IMG/VR virus record: IMGVR_UViG_3300047160_010653
Coordinates: 1-64,000 of that record
Direction: 5' to 3' (one strand)
Source: a virus
Taxonomy: Duplodnaviria > Caudoviricetes
DNA length: 64,000 nt
Shown here: piece by piece, positions 1-9,632 of the stretch
How the letters are laid out: each line of letters starts with the position of its first letter
Numbering within the stretch: position 1 is the first letter of the stretch
Program-made: the position numbers and the translations under genes
The notes under the pieces: generated by a model
The model's input: the letters and a program-made list of their open reading frames with translations, nothing else
Database searches by the model: none
What the model was told of the DNA's origin: nothing

Positions 1-528
1 GTTGAATTTGCCAAGGCCATGGTTGCAATGAGCACACAGCAATTCGCGGGTCTTGCCGGTTCGATGATCATGATCAACGCAAAGCCGTCGCGTTGTGCTA
101 AGGCGCGTTGATGTTTCTGGTTTTCTGCAGATTGCGCATAAGCCGGATTGGGCTTCGTGCATGGCCATGTACCGTTCCCGAGTCATGTCGTAGTAGCTGC
201 GCAGAATGAAGGTTCTCGCCGCTCTTGCTCTATTTGCCCGGCCATTTGGTGATGTGCGGTAAAGACGTGCTTGTTCGGCAGAACATGTTTTACACACTTC
301 TTGGCAACCATCAGGGGCTCTCTGCTTCCTGTGGAAGTCATAGAGTTTCTTCCAGCGCGAGCATTTGCAGCATTTCTTGTAAACGCCATCCTTGCTGACA
401 TGGCGGTTCTTGCTGTGATGCGGAAGGAACGGTTTCGGTTTGCCTTTGATCCATCCGCATCGTGGTAGGTTCCTATCGCTGATTTCCGTTTTTCGTGCGC
501 ATCCACATCCGCAAATGCCGAACTTCAT
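1..528 (-). CDS. Recombination endonuclease VII-family (His-Me finger) endonuclease, 3' end truncated by window edge; not in ORF track
   Basis: Manual translation from ATG 528: MKFGICGCGC...KKCCKC...VCKTC...QSGLCAICRKPET...RRLCVDHDHRTGKTRELLCAHCNHGLGKFN, the canonical Endo VII CxxC..VDHDH..G..R.LLC..CN motif. Frame open to position 1. Confidence 0.9.
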   Translation of the reverse strand, partial: MKFGICGCGCARKTEISDRNLPRCGWIKGKPKPFLPHHSKNRHVSKDGVYKKCCKCSRWKKLYDFHRKQRAPDGCQEVCKTCSAEQARLYRTSPNGRANRARAARTFILRSYYDMTRERYMAMHEAQSGLCAICRKPETSTRLSTTRRLCVDHDHRTGKTRELLCAHCNHGLGKFN

Positions 529-570
529 GTTTGGCGTTCCTGTCCAAGATTCCGGCCATAGGAGGCTACT

Positions 571-1197
571 GTGAGCAACGCTTTATACCCCAAGTACAAG
601 CAGTCCGTCCTGTCTGGCGACGCCAACAGCGACTTGCTGCAAACCTCCGCCACCACGGCGCCGTTCCTGGCGCTGGTCAATACCAGTTCGTACACCTACT
701 CCTCGACGCACCAGTTCTACTCGTCGCTTTCAGGTGTCGTCGGCACAGACCAGCAGCTCACTACGCCGACCACGACCAACGGCACCTTTGATGCCGACGA
801 CGTGACCTATACGGCAGTGACGGGTTCGACGGTGGGTGCGCTGGTTGTCTATCGCAAGAACGCGGGCGCCAACACGACATGGCGTCTGGTGATGTACGAA
901 GATACTTCCGTCACTGGTTTACCTGTGACCCCCAATGGGGGTAACATTGTTGTGACGTGGAATGCCTCAGGAATATTCTTAATAAGTTCAAAGTCACATA
1001 AGGTCTCCATCGTTCAAGTTGACAAGATGGGGCCTCTTGGTGTCTATGAGTTCTCGTATGTCGGAGACAACCCGTCTCGACGCTATCGAGGATTCATGGC
1101 CAATGAAGTCAAAGCGTATGCCCCGGAAGCGGTCCAAGCGTTCGACGGTATCGACCACGTCGATTACCAAAGAGCGATCACACAGCTTCACCTTTGA
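571..1197 (+). CDS. Virion structural protein with C-terminal intramolecular chaperone (Peptidase S74-like) domain
   Basis: GTG start with GGAGG RBS. N-terminal part (FDADDVT...LPVTPNGGNIVVTWNASGIF) resembles small phage virion proteins. C-terminal SxxxxK...VYEFSY...GFMANEV...PEAV...VDY resembles the S74 chaperone. Confidence 0.65.
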   Translation: MSNALYPKYKQSVLSGDANSDLLQTSATTAPFLALVNTSSYTYSSTHQFYSSLSGVVGTDQQLTTPTTTNGTFDADDVTYTAVTGSTVGALVVYRKNAGANTTWRLVMYEDTSVTGLPVTPNGGNIVVTWNASGIFLISSKSHKVSIVQVDKMGPLGVYEFSYVGDNPSRRYRGFMANEVKAYAPEAVQAFDGIDHVDYQRAITQLHL

Positions 1198-1846
1198 GGA
1201 TGGTGAATGGTGGTTACATTACCACTCAGTTCGGCACAGGGCTCGTGTTGCTATTTGCCTGACCTGCAAGAAAAAGTTTCCTGATTATCCGCATAGCACT
1301 AAGCAGTATTGTTCGACGGCATGCCGTCGTGTTTCTTGTGCCCGTTGCGGTAAGGTGTTCCAGCCGACAAGTAATCGTAGCAAGTTTTGCTGCTTAGACT
1401 GTAAGCACGGCGATGGAATATGCGAAAACTGCGGTAAGTCGTACGTCTACAGTCACCACGGTGCGAAGCGTTTCTGTAGTAAAGAGTGCTTTTACGACTT
1501 CACCTGTCCGGTTGGAATGGTCATCCCAGACCCGAGCGGTTATACGCTGACGAAAGTTCCAGAAGGGACTCTTGGCGTAAAGCTAAAGAGCAGAGGACGG
1601 GCGCGCTGGATGTGGACACATCGATGGGTCAAGCAGCAAGAGCTTGGACGACCTTTGTTGGCTCATGAAAAGGTGCACCATATCAACGGTCATCGGGATG
1701 ATAACCGTCCTGAAAATCTTGAGCTGTGGGATCGTACGCATCCTTCTGGTGTTCGCTTGCGGGATCGTATGAAACGGTACACCACGGAAGAAATCGAAGC
1801 CGAGTTGGCTCGGCGGCGTAGAAGCGAGGAACGCGATGCATCATGA
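1019..1846 (+). CDS. HNH homing endonuclease with CxxC zinc-finger repeats (true start probably ~1103-1118)
   Basis: Repeated CxxCxKxF...YCSxxC fingers and HRWV...LGRPL...EKVHHINGHRDDNRPENLELW HNH core. Confidence 0.9.
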   Translation: MTRWGLLVSMSSRMSETTRLDAIEDSWPMKSKRMPRKRSKRSTVSTTSITKERSHSFTFEDGEWWLHYHSVRHRARVAICLTCKKKFPDYPHSTKQYCSTACRRVSCARCGKVFQPTSNRSKFCCLDCKHGDGICENCGKSYVYSHHGAKRFCSKECFYDFTCPVGMVIPDPSGYTLTKVPEGTLGVKLKSRGRARWMWTHRWVKQQELGRPLLAHEKVHHINGHRDDNRPENLELWDRTHPSGVRLRDRMKRYTTEEIEAELARRRRSEERDAS

Positions 1847-1921
1847 AATCCCAGGCGCCGTGGCGCGGACGGGGCGGTACTTGGCCGCGAGTTATTCCCG
1901 CATCTTCGAGAGATTGGCCGC

Positions 1922-2245
1922 ATGACGGAGTTCAAGAACCCGAACGACCCTCTGAAGAAAGAGCAGGGGGCCGAGCTGATGCGCAAGCTCGGCCTGCAGT
2001 GCAAGGGGCATCAGTACGACGAGGTGATCTCGGCGGCTCTTAACCTCGCCATCAACGCCATCCGCCAGAAGCACGACACCAGGATGGGCGCCGACGCAGA
2101 GTACCGCGAGAAGGCCGGCAAGACCGGCCAGCTCTTGCTTGACCACTACGACTCGGTGACGGGAAAGCGTAAGAGCATCTTCCCGTTTACACAGCACATC
2201 AGTATGCCTTTCCACGTCGACCCAGACCTACTCAGGAAACACTAG
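1922..2245 (+). CDS. Hypothetical phage protein
   Basis: 107-aa ORF with RBS-like GGAG upstream and high-GC3 codon usage. Confidence 0.6.
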   Translation: MTEFKNPNDPLKKEQGAELMRKLGLQCKGHQYDEVISAALNLAINAIRQKHDTRMGADAEYREKAGKTGQLLLDHYDSVTGKRKSIFPFTQHISMPFHVDPDLLRKH

Positions 2246-2275
2246 AACACTTTAGAGCCTAAAAGGGGTAGTTCT

Positions 2276-2779
2276 ATGTCCACGATCCTTAAACCCTCAT
2301 ATGGCTCGTCAGTTGCTTTCACGACTACGAACCTTCAATCCCTTGCCAACTCCTCAGGTGGGACCGCGGGGTGGATGTCTGCAGTAGTGGACAATACATC
2401 CAACCTCAGCATGGACGAAATGGTGAGTTGGGTAATTAAGATGGGTACCTCGCCAACAGCGGGAGCGACATGCGAATGTTGGTTGTGGGAAACTCTTGAT
2501 GATACTCCGACCTATCCGGACACTATAACGGGTTCGGAAGGCACCGTCACGTTCACTTCGGCAAACGTCAAGTTGTCCGGAGCGCTCAAGTTCGCTGGGC
2601 TTATTACGGTCGACGGCACATCAAGCCGCCTTTATTACAACACCGTGCGGCTGTCACAATGCTTTGGGTTGAGTGTGCCCAAGAAATGGGGGGCTGCGTT
2701 CATCAATATTTCAGGCGTCACTATGGCGTCAAGTGGAAACGTAGTCACTCGCACACCGATACAGTTCCAGAATGCCTAG
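2276..2779 (+). CDS. Putative virion structural protein (beta-rich, Ser/Thr-rich)
   Basis: AAGGGGG RBS; composition and location in the structural module. Confidence 0.55.
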   Translation: MSTILKPSYGSSVAFTTTNLQSLANSSGGTAGWMSAVVDNTSNLSMDEMVSWVIKMGTSPTAGATCECWLWETLDDTPTYPDTITGSEGTVTFTSANVKLSGALKFAGLITVDGTSSRLYYNTVRLSQCFGLSVPKKWGAAFINISGVTMASSGNVVTRTPIQFQNA

Positions 2780-2785
2780 TTAGTC

Positions 2786-5700
2786 ATGATTATTGTTCCG
2801 CCAACTTCTCCACTTCCTGTCTTCAAGATAGACAGGTCGAAGCAGTTTTCCGACGCTCTAGTTTTTGCGTCTACTCCTATAAGTCCAAATCATGGCGCAG
2901 GCCTTTCGGTCAACTGGAGTATAATTGGTTCTTGTAATTCTGGCGCCTCTTCGTTTAAGGCTTTTACCCCTACATGGATGAATTATCGCGGGAACATGAT
3001 TCTTGGTCATAAGCTAACTACTGCTATTGCTACCTCTATTTGTTATTTTACTGGTGGTGCAGATTGGATCAAAACATCCAATGGATCGTACACAGGCGAC
3101 TTTTCATTTTTAATGTTGTGGAATCCTGCTTCTGCTGCAGCATTCAGACGAGGGGCAGTCCAGGGAAATGCAGGTCAATTACAGCCTGGTATACAGTTCT
3201 TCATCCAGAACTTTTCACAAAGCACCAAAACCAATACCGCCGGTATGATGACTTCCGCGTGTGGATCGAGCACGAGTGGTGGAACAACATCGAGCTGGGC
3301 AGATTCCACCGCCAATATGATAGATGGTAATCCGCACTGCTGGATTATGAAGCGTCAAGGTGGTCTGATATCGCTGTGGCGCGATGGCGTCGACGTTACG
3401 GGGAATAGGTCAACTTCAAATTCTCAGGCCATTGGTGGTACCGGTTCCGGAGGTTCCAACGGTATCGGCATTGGCGAGATGCCAAATAGCAATGAAGCCA
3501 GCGCTGCAAACTGCACCATTGCGCTGGCTGTGGGCTGGAACCGAGCACTCTCTGATGGGGAAATGGCTAGTCTGGGACAAGATCCATTCCAGATATTTTT
3601 CCAAGGGCAAGCCACCTACCTTTATAATTCACTCCTGCAGAATCTTACTCCTGGGTTTGTTGACCAAGACGACACTTTTTACCAGTCAATTGTTGCCCCC
3701 AGTGCAACGATTGCACCCCCGCTCTTCTCCGACACCGACACCTTTTATCAACCCAACGTAATTCCTGGGGTAGTAAGCCTTACACCTGATCTCTTTACTG
3801 ACGCAGAAACTTTCTATGCACCGTCAGCTGTCTCAACATACACCCTCACCGTCGAACTATTCGACGATAGTGCTGACGATACATTTTATACCTCAAACAT
3901 TGTATCCTCCGGCACCATTTTCCCAGCGCTATTTGATGACAGCACTAATGATACGTTTTACTCACCAATTGCTCTATCTGTCTATACTATACAGCCAAAT
4001 TTATATGACGATATCACGGTCGAGGCTTTTTATTCACCAACAGTTTCCAGACAGTCGGACTCCTCGATCGAGCCAGACTTGTTCACCGATATAGATGTTA
4101 TCTACTCTACTGTAGCACTGTCATTTAACCCACTGCTGCCGTCGCTGTTCATCGATACGGACTCATTCTTTGCTCCTGTGATCACTACTACCTATTCGCT
4201 GTTTCCAGCACTGGCATCTGATAACGACGTGTTCTACGTTCCAGCCGTCGTCAATGTTCAGCCGACAATATTGTTACCACCTGAGATACAAGACACTGAT
4301 GTTTTCTTCACCGCGCTAATGGTCTCGACGGCGCAGTTACTGCCTACGTTGGTCAGCCTAGGGGATGTGATCTATGCTCCGCGTGAGGGTTCGGTACTGC
4401 AGCCTCAATTGGTGATGGATGCCGATATCATCTATTCCGCCGCGGTGCCTCTTTATGGCACGCTCGTACCTCCCAAATTATTGGATAGTGACATCTTCTT
4501 CACCCCCGCAGTCTTGCGAGGACAAAAGCAGGGCGGAGGCGGCGGAGGTGGCGGAAATATCCCGGGAGACTTGAAGTACACGACTTCGCAGGTGATGACC
4601 CAATCAGGGCTGATCACCATGCTGGGGATCACGGCGAACGGCGCCCAGATCGTCAATGTGCGCTTGTTGCTCTATGGCGACGTCGGCGGTCTGCCGGACG
4701 CTGGGGCTCTCCTGGGAAAATCCCATGACAATGCCGCGGTGATCAGCGGCGAAAACGATTTTCCGCTGATCACGCCGGTGTCCGTGCTCGCGGGCCAGCG
4801 CGTATGGCCGACCGTGCAAGCTGACAAGTCGCTCTCGACGTTCCTGCAGAACGTCAAGTCGGGTTCGCGCTGGAACAACGATGCCTTTGCCGACGGGCCG
4901 ACCGATCCATTCGGACAGTCCTCGGCGGACAACAAGCAGGCGCCGTTCTTCATCATCTATCTGACCTCGGCGAACGCGACGGTGCAGCCGCCGCTGTTTG
5001 TCGACCAAGACCTGTTCTATCCGCCGGTGATCGGCGGTGCGGCCACCATCCTGCCGCCCGAGCTGATCGACCCGGACTTCGTCAATGTGCCGGTGCTGTC
5101 CGGGCTCGACACTGCGATCGACAGCTTCTTCACCGATGACGATACGTTTTCGCCGCCCACGGTGACCTCGATCTACACCCTGATGCCGGGGCTGGTGATC
5201 GACAGCGATATCTTCTACTCGCCTGCCGTGGTCGGACTGCCACCGCCCGAGCAGGATATTGCCCTCGACCTGTTTGTCGACCCCGATGTGATCTATGCGG
5301 CGTCGGTGGTGCTGTCGAACTACCTGCTCGCTCCGTCGCTGGTGGTCGATACCGATAGTTTCTTCGTTCCGGATGTCTCCAGGCTAGCCCTCCCGGACCA
5401 AGGGATCGGGATGGATATCTTGGTGGACGGGGACGTGTTCTACCCGCCCGTTGTCGTCCTTGCCAATTACGTGCTCTCTCCCGGGCTTGTAGTGGACGCT
5501 GATGCGTTTTTCACGCCTGCCGTGGTTGGGCTACCCCCGCCCACGCAGACGCTCCTGCAGGCTCTGCTGAACGACCTGGACTTCATCTATCCGCCGACGG
5601 TCCGGGCCGATGCGTTGTTGCAGCCGCCGTTCCTGGTCGACAACGACTTCACGATCTCACCAGGGGTGGGCGGAGGGTCGGGCGGCGGTGCAGGCAAGGT

Positions 5701-6094
5701 CATCGATGACGATGTGGTGTATTCGCCGTCGATCTCGCTGCCCGACTACGTGCTGCGGCCCGGCTTGGTGATCGATCACGACCACATTGATGATATTGCC
5801 GCCAGTATCGCGCTCACCAACCAGAACTTTGTGATCGCGCCCGGGCTCTTCGTCGACCCCGACTTCATCTACCCAACCGGCGGTGGCAACAAACGCTTCT
5901 ACAAAGAAGTGGACCTGCTCGGCACCGCTGATCCTCGGGTTCAGATCATCGGCGACCGCGACACCAGGGTTCCCATCCTGGGCACCGCGGAGCCGGGCGT
6001 GAGAATCCTCGGCGACGACACCCCTGGTCCTGACATCGAGGGCGACAGCACGCACTGGATCGATCTGACAGGAGATCACCGTCGTGACAGCTAA
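2786..6094 (+). CDS. Large virion protein: N-terminal LamG/concanavalin-like domain plus ~30 copies of a ~20-aa PxLFxDxDxFYxPxV repeat
   Basis: LamG-like segment (PHCWIMKRQGGLISLWRDG...IALAVGWNRALSDGE); repeats are directly visible in the translation. Confidence 0.7.
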   Translation: MIIVPPTSPLPVFKIDRSKQFSDALVFASTPISPNHGAGLSVNWSIIGSCNSGASSFKAFTPTWMNYRGNMILGHKLTTAIATSICYFTGGADWIKTSNGSYTGDFSFLMLWNPASAAAFRRGAVQGNAGQLQPGIQFFIQNFSQSTKTNTAGMMTSACGSSTSGGTTSSWADSTANMIDGNPHCWIMKRQGGLISLWRDGVDVTGNRSTSNSQAIGGTGSGGSNGIGIGEMPNSNEASAANCTIALAVGWNRALSDGEMASLGQDPFQIFFQGQATYLYNSLLQNLTPGFVDQDDTFYQSIVAPSATIAPPLFSDTDTFYQPNVIPGVVSLTPDLFTDAETFYAPSAVSTYTLTVELFDDSADDTFYTSNIVSSGTIFPALFDDSTNDTFYSPIALSVYTIQPNLYDDITVEAFYSPTVSRQSDSSIEPDLFTDIDVIYSTVALSFNPLLPSLFIDTDSFFAPVITTTYSLFPALASDNDVFYVPAVVNVQPTILLPPEIQDTDVFFTALMVSTAQLLPTLVSLGDVIYAPREGSVLQPQLVMDADIIYSAAVPLYGTLVPPKLLDSDIFFTPAVLRGQKQGGGGGGGGNIPGDLKYTTSQVMTQSGLITMLGITANGAQIVNVRLLLYGDVGGLPDAGALLGKSHDNAAVISGENDFPLITPVSVLAGQRVWPTVQADKSLSTFLQNVKSGSRWNNDAFADGPTDPFGQSSADNKQAPFFIIYLTSANATVQPPLFVDQDLFYPPVIGGAATILPPELIDPDFVNVPVLSGLDTAIDSFFTDDDTFSPPTVTSIYTLMPGLVIDSDIFYSPAVVGLPPPEQDIALDLFVDPDVIYAASVVLSNYLLAPSLVVDTDSFFVPDVSRLALPDQGIGMDILVDGDVFYPPVVVLANYVLSPGLVVDADAFFTPAVVGLPPPTQTLLQALLNDLDFIYPPTVRADALLQPPFLVDNDFTISPGVGGGSGGGAGKVIDDDVVYSPSISLPDYVLRPGLVIDHDHIDDIAASIALTNQNFVIAPGLFVDPDFIYPTGGGNKRFYKEVDLLGTADPRVQIIGDRDTRVPILGTAEPGVRILGDDTPGPDIEGDSTHWIDLTGDHRRDS

Positions 6095-6446
6095 GATACA
6101 GCACTTCCCAGTCAGTCGAGGCAACACGACCTCGTTGTTCTTCGATGTGAACCCTGACGACGGTGTCTCCATCGTTGGGGCTGATATCACCTGGATGGTT
6201 TACCCGCAGGCATTTGGTGTGCCGGACACATCAACCGTGTTGATTTTCAAATCGGTCAATCACGGCGGCATTGTCATCACCGATCCGGATCAGTTGCTGT
6301 TTACCGTGTTTCTGGACCCGGCGGATACCGATGCGTTGATCGGAAACTATTACCACGAGGCTACGATCCTTCCACGAGACGGCGAAGTGGTCACCTGCAC
6401 GGTCGGAATCATGACCGTCACCAATACGGGAGCGCCAAATGGCTGA
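6084..6446 (+). CDS. BppU-like/baseplate-upper-type virion protein
   Basis: RG.T..L.F.V...ITW...LDPADT..L.G.YYHEA.I pattern typical of this small phage domain; overlaps neighbours. Confidence 0.55.
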   Translation: MTAKIQHFPVSRGNTTSLFFDVNPDDGVSIVGADITWMVYPQAFGVPDTSTVLIFKSVNHGGIVITDPDQLLFTVFLDPADTDALIGNYYHEATILPRDGEVVTCTVGIMTVTNTGAPNG

Positions 6447-6834
6447 GCCTTCCGCCGAGAGCATGAAGTTCAAGTTTCCGGAGTTCCAGAACATCCCCGA
6501 TGCGACCATCGAGTTCGCGCTGGAGGAGGCCAAACTGGCGTGCGGCGCGTTCGGTACGGGGTACTGGATCAACAACGCCAATCAGACCGTCGCGGTGATG
6601 TATCTCGCCGGACATATCCTGCAGCTGTCGATCCAGCGCGCTCAGTCCGGAACAGGCCAAGTGATCGCTTCGGAGAGCACGCCCGAGCTGTCGGTGACCT
6701 ACGCGGTGCCGCAGCAACCTGATCTTTCGAAACCGCTCAACTACACCACGACCTTCTACGGGATCAAATTCCTGGAGCTGGCGGAGAAGAACTTCCCGCC
6801 GGTGCTCGTGGCTAATACCGGGATCGCGATGTGA
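6439..6834 (+). CDS. Head-tail adaptor (DUF4054-like)
   Basis: FK.KFPEF...AVMYLAGHIL...SE...LSVTY...TTFYG.KFLEL pattern of DUF4054 adaptors, which co-occur with DUF1073 portals. Confidence 0.75.
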   Translation: MAEPSAESMKFKFPEFQNIPDATIEFALEEAKLACGAFGTGYWINNANQTVAVMYLAGHILQLSIQRAQSGTGQVIASESTPELSVTYAVPQQPDLSKPLNYTTTFYGIKFLELAEKNFPPVLVANTGIAM

Positions 6835-7238
6835 CCGTCACTTTTCCGTTCGGCATCGCGCGGTCGCGGGCGGTCTGGGATGGGCTTATTCGACGCTACG
6901 GGGATTTGGCTCTCCTGCGTCAGCCCGGCCTGCCGGACCGGTACGTATCGTACTTGTCGGCCCAGTTCACCGCGGCCGAGCGGCTGGGGATGGCGCAGAA
7001 CCCGACCGATCGCAAGGCGCTGATCTCGGCTATCGCGCCGGATACCGGCCTGCCGCTCGATCCCGAACCGTCGGAGAAGGACACGCTGATCACGCTGGTG
7101 CTCGACGACCAGGGGGCTCCTGTTCTCACCCCTGGCGGAGCGCCCACCGAGGACGAGCGGCTGGTGATCGTTGCGCCACCCGGCCGGGTTGGCCCGTCCC
7201 GTCAACAGCTCTACTGGCGTCTGCAGGTGCGCGCTTGA
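6831..7238 (+). CDS. Putative head-closure/neck protein
   Basis: Follows the adaptor with GTGA overlap; LIRRYG..A.L and YWRLQVR termini are typical of head-closure proteins. Confidence 0.55.
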   Translation: MTVTFPFGIARSRAVWDGLIRRYGDLALLRQPGLPDRYVSYLSAQFTAAERLGMAQNPTDRKALISAIAPDTGLPLDPEPSEKDTLITLVLDDQGAPVLTPGGAPTEDERLVIVAPPGRVGPSRQQLYWRLQVRA

Positions 7239-7759
7239 GCTTCGACTATTCGCTGGACAGGCGCGAAGCCATTCTGGAGCGGCTCCTTCAGATCGGACAA
7301 GCAGGTATTTCCGGCCTGGGCATTCAATACGCCATTAGGAACCGTCGGCCTGCGCAAACCGGCAATCCGTTTGGTGTGCCGCGTCCTGCTTGGATTATTT
7401 ACGATGGCGGGGCTCGAAATACCTCTGATCCGTGGCGGCACAAAATCCCGATGTCGGCGACTGGTATATGGGAAATGCGGCCGCAGATCATGGTTTTGTT
7501 GGCAAATCGGGATACCGTCGAGAACGAAAACCTTGACGGTGCTTATAGTCCGGTGGGGCCTGAACTGTCCCGCTGGATGAATGTCATCAACGATACCGTC
7601 ACCAACGATGACGTTCTGATCGATCTGGTGACGCCGAATGGTGGTCATGTCCTGAGCGCCTTCGAAACTGACCTGATGGTAGGGAGACACGTAGGAGCCT
7701 ATGGCGCATGGCTCATGATGCTCTACGCGTTTCGCTATCCCGTTTTCCCGTCGCGCTGA
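7235..7759 (+). CDS. Putative tail terminator/completion protein
   Basis: Synteny (between neck and tail tube) and size. Confidence 0.45.
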   Translation: MSFDYSLDRREAILERLLQIGQAGISGLGIQYAIRNRRPAQTGNPFGVPRPAWIIYDGGARNTSDPWRHKIPMSATGIWEMRPQIMVLLANRDTVENENLDGAYSPVGPELSRWMNVINDTVTNDDVLIDLVTPNGGHVLSAFETDLMVGRHVGAYGAWLMMLYAFRYPVFPSR

Positions 7760-7787
7760 ATGAGGAGGAGCAAGGAAAGGAGCGGCT

Positions 7788-8348
7788 ATGGTTGCCCCTC
7801 ATGAACAATCTCCCAATATTGGTAACTATATCGTGGGTCGCGGCATCGGGTATATCAAGCTGGTTCCGCCTAGCTTAAACCCCGACGCAGATTGGGTTGA
7901 TGCCGGAAACATAACTGAATTTACGTTTCAGGTGAAACCCACCCGTCTCGAACACTTTTCATCGCGTATCGGCGTCCGCAAGAAAGACATGGTGGTCGTG
8001 ACCGAATTGGCCGCGTCGCTCACCATGATCCTCGAAGAGTTCACCGCGCGTAACCTGGGGTTCGCGTGCTTGGGCGCTGTAGCGAACAGTCCTCCGGGCA
8101 CCAAAACGATCAGCATCCTGTCGGAACCGCTGATCTATGCCAGTTTCAAGTTCGTTTCCACCAACGTCGTCGGCCCGCAGTGGACGTACATCTTTCCGTT
8201 GTGCCTGTTCACACCGAATAAAGCGATGTCGCTGCTGCCGACGGGATCAGGCACATGGGGTTCGATGGATTTCGAATGCGACGTTCTCTACGACGACGCG
8301 CTGGGGTCGTTCGGCACGGCATCAGCGACGGATATTCTGTCGCCGTAA
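7788..8348 (+). CDS. Major tail tube protein
   Basis: GRG..Y...W.DAGNITEFTF...EHFSSRIGVRKKD..VV......L..LEEFTARNL pattern; position before the chaperone and tape measure. Confidence 0.75.
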   Translation: MVAPHEQSPNIGNYIVGRGIGYIKLVPPSLNPDADWVDAGNITEFTFQVKPTRLEHFSSRIGVRKKDMVVVTELAASLTMILEEFTARNLGFACLGAVANSPPGTKTISILSEPLIYASFKFVSTNVVGPQWTYIFPLCLFTPNKAMSLLPTGSGTWGSMDFECDVLYDDALGSFGTASATDILSP

Positions 8349-8362
8349 AATGAGGAGTCTAA

Positions 8363-8857
8363 ATGGGAGCAATGCTGTCACTAAACGATGTCCTCCCGCG
8401 GCATGAGCGGGTGGACATCGGGACCGGGAAAATCGACATCTTCGGGATCAGCGGGGAAGACATCGGCGAGATACTGCGGCGCTATCCCAACGCATTTCAG
8501 CAGATGGCTGATTCCGGGTCACAGTCCATCAAGATGGACCCGGGTTTGATGGGCGCGCTGCTGGCTGCTTCGCAACGCAATCCTGAAGGCACCAAGAGTT
8601 TTCTTGGTGACGAGAAGACCGAAAGCCTGAGCCGCGCGCTGGGTGCGGCCGATCAGAACCAAGTGATGAAAGTGATCGGGAGATGCACCTTTCCTGACGG
8701 TGTCGGCCCTTTTCTCGAAGACCTACAGTCCATGTCCGAATCGACTTTGGAGGCTATGGAGGTAGTCGTACGAGTAAGTTCAAGGGGACAGGCTACGGCA
8801 TCGCCGCCCAAGCCGAAGCCCTCGGATGCGCCCAGCACCCAGCCGTCTGGAAGCTGA
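8363..8857 (+). CDS. Tail assembly chaperone (gpG-like)
   Basis: Between tail tube and tape measure; contains in-frame slippery heptamer C CCT TTT at 8707-8713. Confidence 0.75.
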   Translation: MGAMLSLNDVLPRHERVDIGTGKIDIFGISGEDIGEILRRYPNAFQQMADSGSQSIKMDPGLMGALLAASQRNPEGTKSFLGDEKTESLSRALGAADQNQVMKVIGRCTFPDGVGPFLEDLQSMSESTLEAMEVVVRVSSRGQATASPPKPKPSDAPSTQPSGS

Positions 8858-9027
8858 CGCCGCGGCAGATGTCAGCTCTCTTATTTCTGAAAAACAAACG
8901 TGAGGTCAGTGAGCGCATGGACTTCGTCTCGGCGATGCGAACAGCGTTGGCTAATTCGGAAGGGTACAAAAAAGCTATGGAACAGTGGGCCAGATCGGCA
9001 GAGATCGAACTGAGGTTTGATGACTGA
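8363..9027 (+). CDS. Tail assembly chaperone -1 frameshift product (gpGT-like)
   Basis: The -1 frame from CCCTTTT (8707-8713) is open to TGA 9025-9027 (…GYGIAAQAEALGCAQHPAVWKLTPRQMSALLFL…), and its stop overlaps the next ATG. Confidence 0.75.
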
Positions 9028-9632
9028 TGGAGCTACGTCTCTCGCTCGAAGGCGAAGGTCTCGGTCCTTGGACCCAGATGAAAATGGACAAGCTCGGCGG
9101 TGTCGTGCGCGAGGCCATGCGTGAGGCTGCGCAGGAGACTGCCGATTTCATCCTGTTCCGCACCCAGGAAGACATCGAGGAGGCTGGTAACTTCGGTGAC
9201 AAATGGACTGAAATGATCAATGCCGACATTTCGGAGACCCAACGTACGATACGGCTCGATGTCACAATCGACCCTGAAGGACCGCCCCAGGTCTACTGGC
9301 CTGTATTCGAATATAGCGCGCATATCGAGGCAAAGAACCCTTCTGGTTATATGTGGCTGCCGTTCATCGGCGTAGACCGTGCGGCCGCCGGGATCGATGT
9401 GTGGCCGCGTGTGTACTCTGGTAACTTGTTCCGCGCCACCAGCAAGAGCGGTACACCGCTGCTCGGTGACGTGGATGCAGCCAAGGCCGGTGACATGCCT
9501 TGGCGTTACTTTGGGGTGGAATCCGTCGACATTCCCAAGAAATTTCACCTGCATGAGATCATCAAGGAAGAAGCTGAAAAGGCAAGGATCGCTTTTCACC
9601 GTCTCGTAAGTGAGGCCATAACCAATGGCTGA
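9027..9632 (+). CDS. Tail-module protein (DUF6441/tail-completion-like)
   Basis: TGATG coupling; FEY..HI.AKNP.G.MWLPF and VP..FHL.EI motifs; location before TMP. Confidence 0.5.
   Translation: MELRLSLEGEGLGPWTQMKMDKLGGVVREAMREAAQETADFILFRTQEDIEEAGNFGDKWTEMINADISETQRTIRLDVTIDPEGPPQVYWPVFEYSAHIEAKNPSGYMWLPFIGVDRAAAGIDVWPRVYSGNLFRATSKSGTPLLGDVDAAKAGDMPWRYFGVESVDIPKKFHLHEIIKEEAEKARIAFHRLVSEAITNG

Noticed and set aside
1019-1846. HNH as part of a group I intron
   Set aside because: No split exon or recognisable P/Q/R/S elements; flanking genes are complete
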